Below, one piece after another: positions 17,073 to 25,693 of a DNA stretch of 64,000 nucleotides. Every line of letters starts with the position of its first letter. The stretch's first letter is position 1. The stretch is from Geobacterales bacterium. GTDB taxonomy: Bacteria > Desulfobacterota > Desulfuromonadia > Geobacterales > Pseudopelobacteraceae. The stretch lies in contig JBBQCH010000001.1 in NCBI GenBank assembly GCA_038318485.1, positions 3,434-67,433 of the forward strand. Reading direction: 5' to 3'. The position numbers and the translations under genes were made by a program. The notes beneath the pieces are model-generated. The model was given only the letters and a program-made list of their open reading frames with translations. It did not search any database and was not told the DNA's origin.

Positions 17073-18200
17073 ATGTTTTACGTTGCCCTACGCATTCTAA
17101 TGTACGACAAGGTACGCTCACTGATAACACTTCTGGGCGTTGTATTCGCTGTCGGCCTTATTTTCAACCAGCTTGGGATATTTCTCGGCTTGATGGAAAC
17201 TTCATCTGTAATAATTGACCATACTCCAGGAGACATCTGGGTTACATCCAAAAACAGTAAAAACTTCGATTTTTCCCAACCTTTTCCAGAATATATTTAC
17301 AATCACACCATCGCTGATCCTGACATCCTGTCAGCAGAAAAGCTGATTGTCGCCTGGGGGATAATACGTCAAAAAGAAGGGGGAACTGAACAGGTTGAAG
17401 TTGTTGGATTCAATCCCGATACCGGTATAGGGGGACCATGGGACATGATGGAAGGTGATCCCCGCCGATTAAAAAACGGAAATTTTGCCATAGTAGATGA
17501 ATCTGCAATGAAACGACTTGGAAAAATTCAGGTTGGAGATCATCGGGATGTTCTTTCGCATCGACTCGAGATAATAGGCCTTTCAAGGGGTGTAAAATCT
17601 TTTACAACTGCTCCGATTTTGTTTACCTCATTTGAGCTTGCCCAGCGATTGGTAACTTACATGGGTTCCGACAGTACAGTTTTCGTAGTTGCAAAGGTCA
17701 AGCAAGGTGCATCGCCAGAGCAGGTAATAACAAGGCTTAGAAGTCGCCTAAAAGGTGTCGACGTTTTCTCAGCAGCGGATTTTAGCATGAAAACTCGCAA
17801 ATACTGGGCCATAGAAACGGGTGTAGGCTTTTCATTCATGCTGACAATTGTGATAAGTTTTCTGGTCGGAATGCTGATTGTCGGTCAAACAATCTACAAT
17901 TCTACGATGGAGCATATCAAAGAGTTCGGCACCCTGAAAGCTTTGGGAGCCAGCAATATGGATATCTACAAAATCATTTTCTCCCAGGCAATGATCAACG
18001 CCATGCTGGGATACATAGTGAGCCTTATTATTACAATCGCCACCGTTAAAGTGTATGAACTTGGCGGTATGGTCATGGTAGTGCGCGGATGGGTTAATTT
18101 TCTGGTGCTCGGCCTTACACTTCTCATGTGCCTTTCTGCAGCGTTTGTATCAGTCCGCAGAATCAAGAAGATTGATCCAGCCATTCTGTTCCGGGGGTAG
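17073..18200 (+). CDS. ABC exporter permease, FtsX/DevC-like
   Basis: It has an N-terminal TM helix, a large periplasmic domain, and a C-terminal FtsX-type 3-TM bundle (FGTLKALGASNMDIYKIIFSQAMINAMLGY). The start was chosen at MFYVALRILMYDK. Confidence 0.75.
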   Translation: MFYVALRILMYDKVRSLITLLGVVFAVGLIFNQLGIFLGLMETSSVIIDHTPGDIWVTSKNSKNFDFSQPFPEYIYNHTIADPDILSAEKLIVAWGIIRQKEGGTEQVEVVGFNPDTGIGGPWDMMEGDPRRLKNGNFAIVDESAMKRLGKIQVGDHRDVLSHRLEIIGLSRGVKSFTTAPILFTSFELAQRLVTYMGSDSTVFVVAKVKQGASPEQVITRLRSRLKGVDVFSAADFSMKTRKYWAIETGVGFSFMLTIVISFLVGMLIVGQTIYNSTMEHIKEFGTLKALGASNMDIYKIIFSQAMINAMLGYIVSLIITIATVKVYELGGMVMVVRGWVNFLVLGLTLLMCLSAAFVSVRRIKKIDPAILFRG

Positions 18201-18201
18201 T

Positions 18202-18894
18202 GTGGCAGAACCGATTATCACAAAAGAACTGTCCAAAATCTATCGAGAAGGGAAGATTGAAGTAACCGCCCTGGAGCAAGTGGACGTAACGCTAAAGGAA
18301 GGTGAAGTCGTTGGCCTTTTTGGTCCATCTGGTAGCGGCAAAACAACTCTTCTTTCAATCCTTGGATGCATCCTTCGCTCCACTTCCGGTTCACTCACCA
18401 TCTATGGCAATGAAGTCGGCGGACTTGAAGAATCTCAGCTCCCCAGCATTCGGAAACGTTACATTTCATTCATATTCCAGGGATTCAATCTTTTTCCCGC
18501 TCTCACCGCTTATGAGAATGTCATTTTGGGATTAAAGATGAAGGGAATCATCGGTAAGGATGCGGACCAACGAACTAAATACATAATGAATGAAGTTGGC
18601 CTGGCTGATCGGCTCAACTTCCTTCCCAGAGACTTGAGTGGCGGACAACGGCAGAGGGTGGCCGTAGCCAGAGCATTGGCAGCAGACTCACCTATAGTGC
18701 TGGCTGATGAACCTACCGGCAACCTGGATCACAGCAACGGCAGAAAGGTTATGGAGTTATTGAGAGAAATGGCTTCTGCCCAGCGCCGCTGCGTGGTTGT
18801 CGCTACCCATGACAACCGCATCGAAGACCTTTTCGACCGGGTTCTTTACATGGAAGACGGAAGAATACGCAGAGAAAAACGGGGTAACTCATGA
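18202..18894 (+). CDS. ABC exporter ATPase (MacB/LolD/DevA-like)
   Basis: Walker A GPSGSGKTTLL, signature LSGGQRQRVAVARAL and Walker B IVLADEPTGNLD are present. The GTG start follows the permease stop. Confidence 0.9.
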   Translation: MAEPIITKELSKIYREGKIEVTALEQVDVTLKEGEVVGLFGPSGSGKTTLLSILGCILRSTSGSLTIYGNEVGGLEESQLPSIRKRYISFIFQGFNLFPALTAYENVILGLKMKGIIGKDADQRTKYIMNEVGLADRLNFLPRDLSGGQRQRVAVARALAADSPIVLADEPTGNLDHSNGRKVMELLREMASAQRRCVVVATHDNRIEDLFDRVLYMEDGRIRREKRGNS

Positions 18895-19919
18895 AAAACA
18901 GCCGTTTCGGAATAATAATCATTGGGGCCCTGATTATTCTGGCTGCACTACTTGCCGTAGTAGGTCCTAAGCTTGTCGAAAAACAGTCTGCAAATCCCCC
19001 CACCACTACTGCCTTCACTAACAAGCAAGCAGGCATAACCGCCAGAGGCGTCGTTGAAGCAGCTGAGGATGTAGAGTTGAGCAGCCAGGTCAAAGGAACA
19101 ATTGCAAGCGTTATGGTTGAAGAAGGGGCTGAAATACACAAGGGACAGCTACTGCTTGAATTTGAAAAGTCTAAGGCTGAGGCACAACTCCGACAGGCAC
19201 GATCAGCCGTTGCCGCCGCCGAGTCCCGCTATCGTGAGGCTGCCAAAGGTTACCGTCCTGAGGACATAACCATTGTAAACAGCGGCAAAAACCGTGCTAA
19301 AGCGATCTATGACCAGGCCAGGGATGAATACGAACGACAGCAGCGCCTGTTTACAAAAGGAGCTGCTACACAGGTAGACCTTAATCGATCAGCGGAGCGC
19401 CTTAAGATTTCCGAAGACGACCTTTCCGGAGCAGAAGCAAACCTTGAAAAGCACCGTTACGGAGTAAGGAGCGAAGAAAAGGATCGGGCTCGTGCCGACC
19501 GCGACAGGGCCCGCTCTGAAGTACAGCTTGCAGAAAGCGTACTAAGTGACTATCAGATTCATGCCCCAATTTCCGGCATTGTCACCGAGCGTTACAAAGA
19601 TGGTGGAGAGGGAACTGATATCGGGACCCCCCTGTTTCGCCTCGTAAATCCAAAAACGATCAGAATCAGGGCCGAATTGGAGGAGACTGATATGGGCCGT
19701 GTGACAGAAGGACAGCTGGTTGAAGTTACCGTTGAAGCTTTCCATGACAAAATATTTCATGGCAAAGTAAGTAAAGTATTCCCGGTCGTGCACAAAAAAA
19801 CCCAGAAGAGCTTCGACCCAATGGCCTCATTCGACATCAATACTCAGAAAATCCAAATACAGCTTGATGATTATCACGGTCTCAAAAACGGAATGACAAC
19901 AACTGTGCGATTCAAGTGA
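18891..19919 (+). CDS. HlyD-family periplasmic adaptor (membrane fusion protein, DevB-like)
   Basis: It has an N-terminal TM helix, a coiled-coil hairpin (AEAQLRQARSAVAAAESRYREA...) and a beta-barrel C-terminus. It overlaps the ATPase stop by 4 nt. Confidence 0.85.
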   Translation: MKNSRFGIIIIGALIILAALLAVVGPKLVEKQSANPPTTTAFTNKQAGITARGVVEAAEDVELSSQVKGTIASVMVEEGAEIHKGQLLLEFEKSKAEAQLRQARSAVAAAESRYREAAKGYRPEDITIVNSGKNRAKAIYDQARDEYERQQRLFTKGAATQVDLNRSAERLKISEDDLSGAEANLEKHRYGVRSEEKDRARADRDRARSEVQLAESVLSDYQIHAPISGIVTERYKDGGEGTDIGTPLFRLVNPKTIRIRAELEETDMGRVTEGQLVEVTVEAFHDKIFHGKVSKVFPVVHKKTQKSFDPMASFDINTQKIQIQLDDYHGLKNGMTTTVRFK

Positions 19920-19924
19920 CATTT

Positions 19925-21631
19925 ATGCGGATACTACCTCTATCACTTCTGCTGGTAATGACATTAACCATCCAGCCAGCCTCAGGCAGAACACTCTCAC
20001 TCGAAGAGTGCCTTCAGATGGCCCTGAAACAGAACAGCGGCCTTAAATCATCTAAGGCAGCCACCTTGTCCGCTGCAGAAGACGTGACCATGGCTAAGAC
20101 GGCTTTATTGCCATCGTTAAAACTTAAAGGTTTTTACACAATATCTGACAAATCCAACAACCTGACAATTGACTCCAATGCCTTTGCGACTGGACTTCCG
20201 CGCCAGAAAACAGACCTTTCTCTGGGGGATAAAGACTCTTACGGCTTTAACCTCACTCTGCGTCAACCTCTCTTTACCGGTGGAAACCTCACAAACGCAA
20301 GACAAGTGACCAAACATGAATATGCCGCCGCCACTCATGCATATTCACGACAACGCACCTTAATGTTATTTCAAGTCAAAAAGACTTTTAATGAAGCATT
20401 GATCGCTTCAAACCGTATACAGACAGCAGAAATGGCAGTAAAGGCTGCTGAAGAAAGACTGGAAGTGACCGTTGCTCGCCTGGAAGAAGGTTATGCCGAC
20501 CGCGAAGAAAAGCTGCGGCGCGAGGCGGATCTTGCCATGGCAAATACCCGCCTGATTAAAGTCAGGAATCGCTCGTTTCTGGTGCTGGCCAAACTACGTC
20601 AACTGACTGGATCCGGACCGGGCGAAGAGATTGAAGTCATTGGCCATCCCGCAAAACTGACCCTGACAGGTAGCCTGGATGATCTGACAAAGGGTACTTT
20701 CGACCGCCGTGAAGACATAAAAAGTGCAACTGAAAAAAGTATTGCCGCCGAGTCCGGTGTACTTGTAGCCCGCAGTGGATATCTCCCGCAAGTTTTTCTG
20801 GAAGGCAATTATCTCCGCCAGAAGGAAACCAGCATTGCCCACCCTGAACTATGGTCGCTGACATTGCAGGCCGAATGGTCACTGTTCGAATGGGGACGCA
20901 CTTCTTCCGCCGTGCGCCAGGCAGTTGCCCGCCAAAGTCAGCTGGATCTTGCCAGGGAAGAGCTAGAACGAAGTGCCAAACTGGAGACAGAGGAAGTATG
21001 GCGAGAGGTAGTCGAGCAACAAAGCCAGGTCATTGCCCACGAAAAGATTGTAAGGGCAGAGGAAGCCGCCTTTGTCAAAACCATTGACAGATACCTTGAA
21101 GGAGCGGCACGCTTGGATGAGGTCATATCCGCAGAATCGGCTCTATGGGAAGCTTATGATGTCTATTGCCAAAGCGCTGCCAACCTAAGCAGTGCCTTTG
21201 CTGCCCTGGAAGCTGCGACATCGGCACATCTGGATCAGTGGACCAGTACCGAAGATTTATATCGCCCTGACTTTAAGTTCTATGCCAGCCGCATAAAAAG
21301 CCGTACCTTTACAACTCCTGTTAAAACTGAGAAACAAGTAACCGTTACAGCCCAGCCAGAAGCCAAACAAACAGCGGTGACAACAGAGCATGCCGCCCTC
21401 TACTTGCAATTGGGTGCTTTTTTATCCAGAAAGAGCGCTGAGGATCTACTGGCGTTATTAACTCCAAGGTTTGGCGAAAAACATACTGAGATACTAAAAG
21501 AAGGTAAGCTCTATAAACCGGTTATCTTCCCTTATTCAGACAGTAAAGCTGCCGAAAAAGCAGCTGCTGATCTGGGAATCAAAGAGTATCTGATAAGGAG
21601 TGAGCATGGACCGCGACAAGTTTCTCCATGA
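19925..21631 (+). CDS. TolC-family outer membrane channel with C-terminal SPOR domain
   Basis: A signal peptide and two TolC repeats (LSLEECLQMALKQNSGLK...) are followed by a roughly 75-aa C-terminus, LYLQLGAFLSRKSAEDLL...GKLYKPVIFPYSDSKAAEKAAADL, that matches the SPOR pattern. Confidence 0.8.
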   Translation: MRILPLSLLLVMTLTIQPASGRTLSLEECLQMALKQNSGLKSSKAATLSAAEDVTMAKTALLPSLKLKGFYTISDKSNNLTIDSNAFATGLPRQKTDLSLGDKDSYGFNLTLRQPLFTGGNLTNARQVTKHEYAAATHAYSRQRTLMLFQVKKTFNEALIASNRIQTAEMAVKAAEERLEVTVARLEEGYADREEKLRREADLAMANTRLIKVRNRSFLVLAKLRQLTGSGPGEEIEVIGHPAKLTLTGSLDDLTKGTFDRREDIKSATEKSIAAESGVLVARSGYLPQVFLEGNYLRQKETSIAHPELWSLTLQAEWSLFEWGRTSSAVRQAVARQSQLDLAREELERSAKLETEEVWREVVEQQSQVIAHEKIVRAEEAAFVKTIDRYLEGAARLDEVISAESALWEAYDVYCQSAANLSSAFAALEAATSAHLDQWTSTEDLYRPDFKFYASRIKSRTFTTPVKTEKQVTVTAQPEAKQTAVTTEHAALYLQLGAFLSRKSAEDLLALLTPRFGEKHTEILKEGKLYKPVIFPYSDSKAAEKAAADLGIKEYLIRSEHGPRQVSP

Positions 21632-22469
21632 TGCATTCTCACGTAACTTAGGCCTGCTGAGTGAATCAGACCAGCACCGCCTGCTTGATGCTCGGATTGC
21701 CGTTGCAGGAGCTGGAGGCGTTGGTGGATTGCATCTCCTGACCCTGGCCCGGATCGGTGTCGGAAAATTTAACATCGCTGACTTCGACACCTTCGATGCG
21801 GTCAACATCAATCGCCAGTACGGTGCCTTCATCAGTACGCTTGGCAAACCTAAAGCCGAGGTAATGAGTGACATGGTGCGGGATATCAACCCGTTTGCCG
21901 ATGTCCGGCTTTTTCCGCAGGGAGTCACGCTGCAGAACCTGGATGATTTTCTGGAAGGTGTTGATATTTATGTTGATGGGATTGATTTTTTTGAGATTGA
22001 TATTCGACGGGCAATTTTCAACCGCTGTCGAGAAAAGGGGATCATTGCAATAACTTCAGCTCCGCTGGGCTTTGGCGCTACATTGCAGGTATTTACACCG
22101 CAAGGCATGTCATTTGATGATTACTTTGCCATACAAGATGGCATGGGGCAGCCGGAAAAAGTGGCTGCCTTTGCAGCCGGCCTGGCACCCCACCCTTACC
22201 ACATCAAGTATCTGGATCTGTCCAAGGTAGATATGGCAAACAAGCGTGGACCAGCCTTGGCGCTGGCCTGCACACAAGCCTCCACCCTGATAGCAACGGA
22301 GACGATCAAGATTCTAACCGGCAAGGGCACTGTACGACCGGCTCCCGCCTACCTCCAGATCGACCTGCTTCGAAACAAGTACACCCGGGGCTATCTTTGG
22401 CTGGGTGGAAAAAACCCGCTTCAAGCTCTGAAGCGCTGGATCATACTGAAAAAAGTGAAGGCAGCCTGA
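21606..22469 (+). CDS. ThiF/MoeB/HesA-family E1-like adenylyltransferase
   Basis: IAVAGAGGVGGLHLLTLARIGVGKFNIADFDTFDAVNINRQ is a Rossmann/ThiF signature. AAGGAG lies 5 nt upstream of the ATG. Confidence 0.8.
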   Translation: MDRDKFLHDAFSRNLGLLSESDQHRLLDARIAVAGAGGVGGLHLLTLARIGVGKFNIADFDTFDAVNINRQYGAFISTLGKPKAEVMSDMVRDINPFADVRLFPQGVTLQNLDDFLEGVDIYVDGIDFFEIDIRRAIFNRCREKGIIAITSAPLGFGATLQVFTPQGMSFDDYFAIQDGMGQPEKVAAFAAGLAPHPYHIKYLDLSKVDMANKRGPALALACTQASTLIATETIKILTGKGTVRPAPAYLQIDLLRNKYTRGYLWLGGKNPLQALKRWIILKKVKAA

Positions 22470-22522
22470 ATATGAAATTGGATTTGTTTATTGATATGTA
22501 ACACATTCATTAGAGGGATATC

Positions 22523-23305
22523 ATGACCCAGGACTCTGACCTTCAAAAAAATCAATTCATCAAACTTGTCGGCCTCTCCTCCTTTCTTGAACAGCAGGGC
22601 AGCCTGGATGAATGCCTGGACGAGATTGTCGCCAAATCGGCCAGTATCCTTAACATAAAGAACTGTTCAATAATGCTGTTCCGCGAAGATGAACTTGGTG
22701 ACGGTGTCAGCCTGCGAATGTTCTCCAAGTATGGAGAATTCCCTGTATCAGCTTACAACGAGGCTGTTAAAGTCAACAAGGGCATTGCCGGTCGTGTTGC
22801 AGCATCTGCCCGCCCCCTGTTAGTTCAGGACATCCAGAAGTCAGAATATTTGCCGCTCGCCCGTACACCCGACTCCCCCAGCAAAAGCTTTATCTGTGTT
22901 CCGATCGTGATTGGGGGCAAAGTTATCGGTGTCCTGAATGTCAGCAACCCGATTGACAATCGCAGTTTTGATTACAACGACCTGAATGTATCCGTGTTTG
23001 TTACTCTTTTGATCGGCAGATCAGTACAGGTCATTCAGCTGCAGAATCTCCTTAAATCAAGGTTTGCTCAACTGGCAGTCATGCAGGAAGCAAAGGTGAT
23101 AATGGAGGATAAATTCTCAGTGAATAATTATGACGCAGAAATGATGGTCAAAATGGTCTCCAAATCTTTCTATAAAGAAATGAACAAGGCCGGCTTTACC
23201 AAAAACCATATTATTAACGCGGCAACAGAGATAATCGGACTGCTGCATGAAAGCCTGCAACGTCATGACCAACGGAGCCAACGAGAAACTGAGCGGGAAT
23301 CATAA
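22523..23305 (+). CDS. GAF-domain protein
   Basis: CSIMLFRED...GIAGRVAASARPLLVQDI...FICVPIVIGGKVIGVLNVSN is a typical GAF core. I recognise no output domain. Confidence 0.7.
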   Translation: MTQDSDLQKNQFIKLVGLSSFLEQQGSLDECLDEIVAKSASILNIKNCSIMLFREDELGDGVSLRMFSKYGEFPVSAYNEAVKVNKGIAGRVAASARPLLVQDIQKSEYLPLARTPDSPSKSFICVPIVIGGKVIGVLNVSNPIDNRSFDYNDLNVSVFVTLLIGRSVQVIQLQNLLKSRFAQLAVMQEAKVIMEDKFSVNNYDAEMMVKMVSKSFYKEMNKAGFTKNHIINAATEIIGLLHESLQRHDQRSQRETERES

Positions 23306-23323
23306 GCACCTTAAGGAGTGAGC

Positions 23324-24394
23324 ATGGATGAACGTATTCGTAAAATCATAGAAGCTGGAATCAAAGCTCCTTCTGGCGATAACTGTCAACCATGGAAATT
23401 TCAGGCAGATGAGAACAGAATCAATCTATTCAATGTTCCCGAGAGGGACACCTCGCTTTACAACTACAAGCAACGTGCTTCACTTGTCTCCCACGGCGCC
23501 TGCATAGAAAACATGTTAATTGCCGCAAGAAAATACGGATTCCTGACAGAACTGAGCTACTTCCCGACACCGGACAATCAACAGCATGTAGCAAGACTAA
23601 GTATGTCTGACTCCGAGACCTCAGATGAACCGCTCTTCGCTGCCATCTCAGAAAGAAGCATCAATCGGAAGCCCTACCAAAGCGGAGTGCTCTCTCCAGA
23701 AGCCGCTGACAGCATCTGCCAAGCGGCAACCAATACTGAAGTTCCGGGGTGCTCGCTCAAACTGCTGCTGGGGAAAGAAAAGGAAACTGCTGCCGACATT
23801 GTAGCCCTAAGTGATCGTCTGGTTTTTGAAAACCCGCATCTGCATGGTTTTCTCTTCGATCACATTCGCTGGAATCAGGAAGAAGCAGAGCATACCAGAG
23901 ATGGGTTGGATATCCGCACCCTCGAACTTGCACCCCAGGACAAGGTGCTGTTTCCACTTCTCAAACATTTCGGGCTGGTCAAATTCATCAGCATATTTGG
24001 TGCAACCAGGATGATTGCCGCAAACGCCAGAAAACTGATGTTGTCGGCCTCGGCCGGCGGAATAATCACCATTGCGGATTCCTCAGCAGAAAGCTGGCTC
24101 AATGCCGGACGAATACTGGAAAGGGTCTGGCTGGAGGCGACCAGGCAGGGACTGGCGTTTCATCTGATGACGGGGATTACTTTGATTGTTCAGCGGGTTC
24201 GAGACGGAGAGCAGAATGGGTTTAGCAACAATAACAGTTCACTGGTGAAACAAGCTGATATCTTATTGACGCAAGCTTCAGGAACTGAACTTCCAGTTGC
24301 ACTACTTTTCAGAATCGGTGTTTGCAACCAACCGACTGCCCGTTCGTTGCGCTTTGGGGTGGATGCTGTGACTGCAATTGGTAAACAAGTTTAA
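23324..24394 (+). CDS. tandem nitroreductase-fold FMN oxidoreductase (Acg-like)
   Basis: IIEAGIKAPSGDNCQPWKF is followed by a second nitroreductase-like half, about 355 aa in total. Confidence 0.7.
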   Translation: MDERIRKIIEAGIKAPSGDNCQPWKFQADENRINLFNVPERDTSLYNYKQRASLVSHGACIENMLIAARKYGFLTELSYFPTPDNQQHVARLSMSDSETSDEPLFAAISERSINRKPYQSGVLSPEAADSICQAATNTEVPGCSLKLLLGKEKETAADIVALSDRLVFENPHLHGFLFDHIRWNQEEAEHTRDGLDIRTLELAPQDKVLFPLLKHFGLVKFISIFGATRMIAANARKLMLSASAGGIITIADSSAESWLNAGRILERVWLEATRQGLAFHLMTGITLIVQRVRDGEQNGFSNNNSSLVKQADILLTQASGTELPVALLFRIGVCNQPTARSLRFGVDAVTAIGKQV

Positions 24395-24414
24395 TCTGTA
24401 ACAAATCACTTGAC

Positions 24415-24451
24415 GTAAAAAAGGAGAGGCGATTCGCCTCTCCTTTTTTAT
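24415..24451. terminator. bidirectional intrinsic terminator
   Basis: AAAAAA-GGAGAGGCG-ATT-CGCCTCTCC-TTTTTT lies between convergent genes. Confidence 0.85.
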
Positions 24452-24472
24452 TACCAAAGTAGATTATTTAGC

Positions 24473-25285
24473 TTATTTTTTTTGGCGACGTTTAGCTGCA
24501 ATTGCCAAACCCATCAGGCCAGCGCCAAGAAGGGCAAAAGTACCAGGTTCAGGTACAGCTGCATTGAACTGTCCATCACTCTGTAAAAGAAGTGTGGCAG
24601 TGTTTACGCCAGAAATTACGGCTGAAGACTGAGCATTATTTGTATTGGCCAGACCATAAGCAAAAGGCATAGTTGATATATCAGTACCAGCCTGATCAAA
24701 AATTACACCAGGCAGAATACTAGCAAAAAGACCTGTCAAGTCACTAGTTCCATTTATTTTAGCCCCACCTAGTAATACTCCATTATTAACACCACCGGAC
24801 GGATTAACCAATGACAAACTCCCTAATAACGCCGTAAAACCATTGCCAGGGTTGAAGTCGGTATCAAGATACCAATTAACAGAGCCGACACCTGGGTTAA
24901 ACTTATACTTGAATCCTAATGCTGTTACGTCGTAGACCGAACCAGTCAAACCAATAATATCGGCATACAGTTTTTTTCCACCCAATGAAAAGCTCTGTAA
25001 ATCAGCGACGCTGGTACCGGGTTCCGAATAATACCCTGTAAATGCCAGTCGCCCTGATTCAGTGAATGTATCACCATTAGCCAAAGTATACGGTGTAGCA
25101 AAGGACTGAATTACGGTATTGGTGCCACTTACATTAAGACGATCAATGTTTGTATATGTGCCAGCAGAGTAGGCACTTAAATCGAGTGTCCAATTGTTCA
25201 GAAGAGTTACGGCATGAGCTGAGCTTGAAAGAGCCAGAGACATTAATGCAGCGGCGATGAGCGTTTTGATTTTCCTAGTTTTCAT
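24473..25285 (-). CDS. PEP-CTERM sorting-domain secreted protein
   Basis: The signal peptide is MKTRKIKTLIAAALMSLALSSSAHA. The C-terminus VPEPGTFALLGAGLMGLAIAAKRRQKK has the PEP motif, a TM helix and a basic tail. Confidence 0.9.
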   Translation of the reverse strand: MKTRKIKTLIAAALMSLALSSSAHAVTLLNNWTLDLSAYSAGTYTNIDRLNVSGTNTVIQSFATPYTLANGDTFTESGRLAFTGYYSEPGTSVADLQSFSLGGKKLYADIIGLTGSVYDVTALGFKYKFNPGVGSVNWYLDTDFNPGNGFTALLGSLSLVNPSGGVNNGVLLGGAKINGTSDLTGLFASILPGVIFDQAGTDISTMPFAYGLANTNNAQSSAVISGVNTATLLLQSDGQFNAAVPEPGTFALLGAGLMGLAIAAKRRQKK

Positions 25286-25356
25286 TGTGTTCTCCTTTTT
25301 TGCTTTTTAGTTTGATTAATCGTCCTGAGGACAATCAAAAGGTTTTCTCAACTAAT

Positions 25357-25372
25357 AGCAATCTCTGTGCCA
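25357..25372 (-). promoter_or_regulatory. sigma-54 (-24/-12) promoter
   Basis: The minus strand reads TGGCAC-AGAGA-TTGCT, about 75-85 nt upstream of the PEP-CTERM gene ATG. It is adjacent to the sigma-54 activator PrsR. Confidence 0.8.
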
Positions 25373-25693
25373 AACACATAACCATATATTTTATAAAGCA
25401 TTTTACAATTCAACATACTACAAAGAACAAGACTGACAAGAAAACCGACAAGCAACAACTCTAGCCTCTTTTATTAAATTTTTATTAAACTAATGCCAGC
25501 AGAGTGATAGTGATAAGTTACTAATTTATAACTAACCGTTTAGCACAAATAATCAGTTACTTCTGTAGTTTATTAAACCGCGTTAAATAATGGAATAGGC
25601 ACAAACCTTTAGATTATATGCTTTTCCAGGAGACCACTAAAAAGCATCCCTCCTCTGCAAACTAGAAGTGTAATATTTATCGACAAGCATTTT

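Noticed and set aside
25500-25565. Direct repeats AGTTACT (25516 and 25555) and GTGATA x2 as possible PrsR upstream activator sites
   Set aside because: They are short and AT-rich and could easily arise by chance. I have no known PrsR consensus to compare against.
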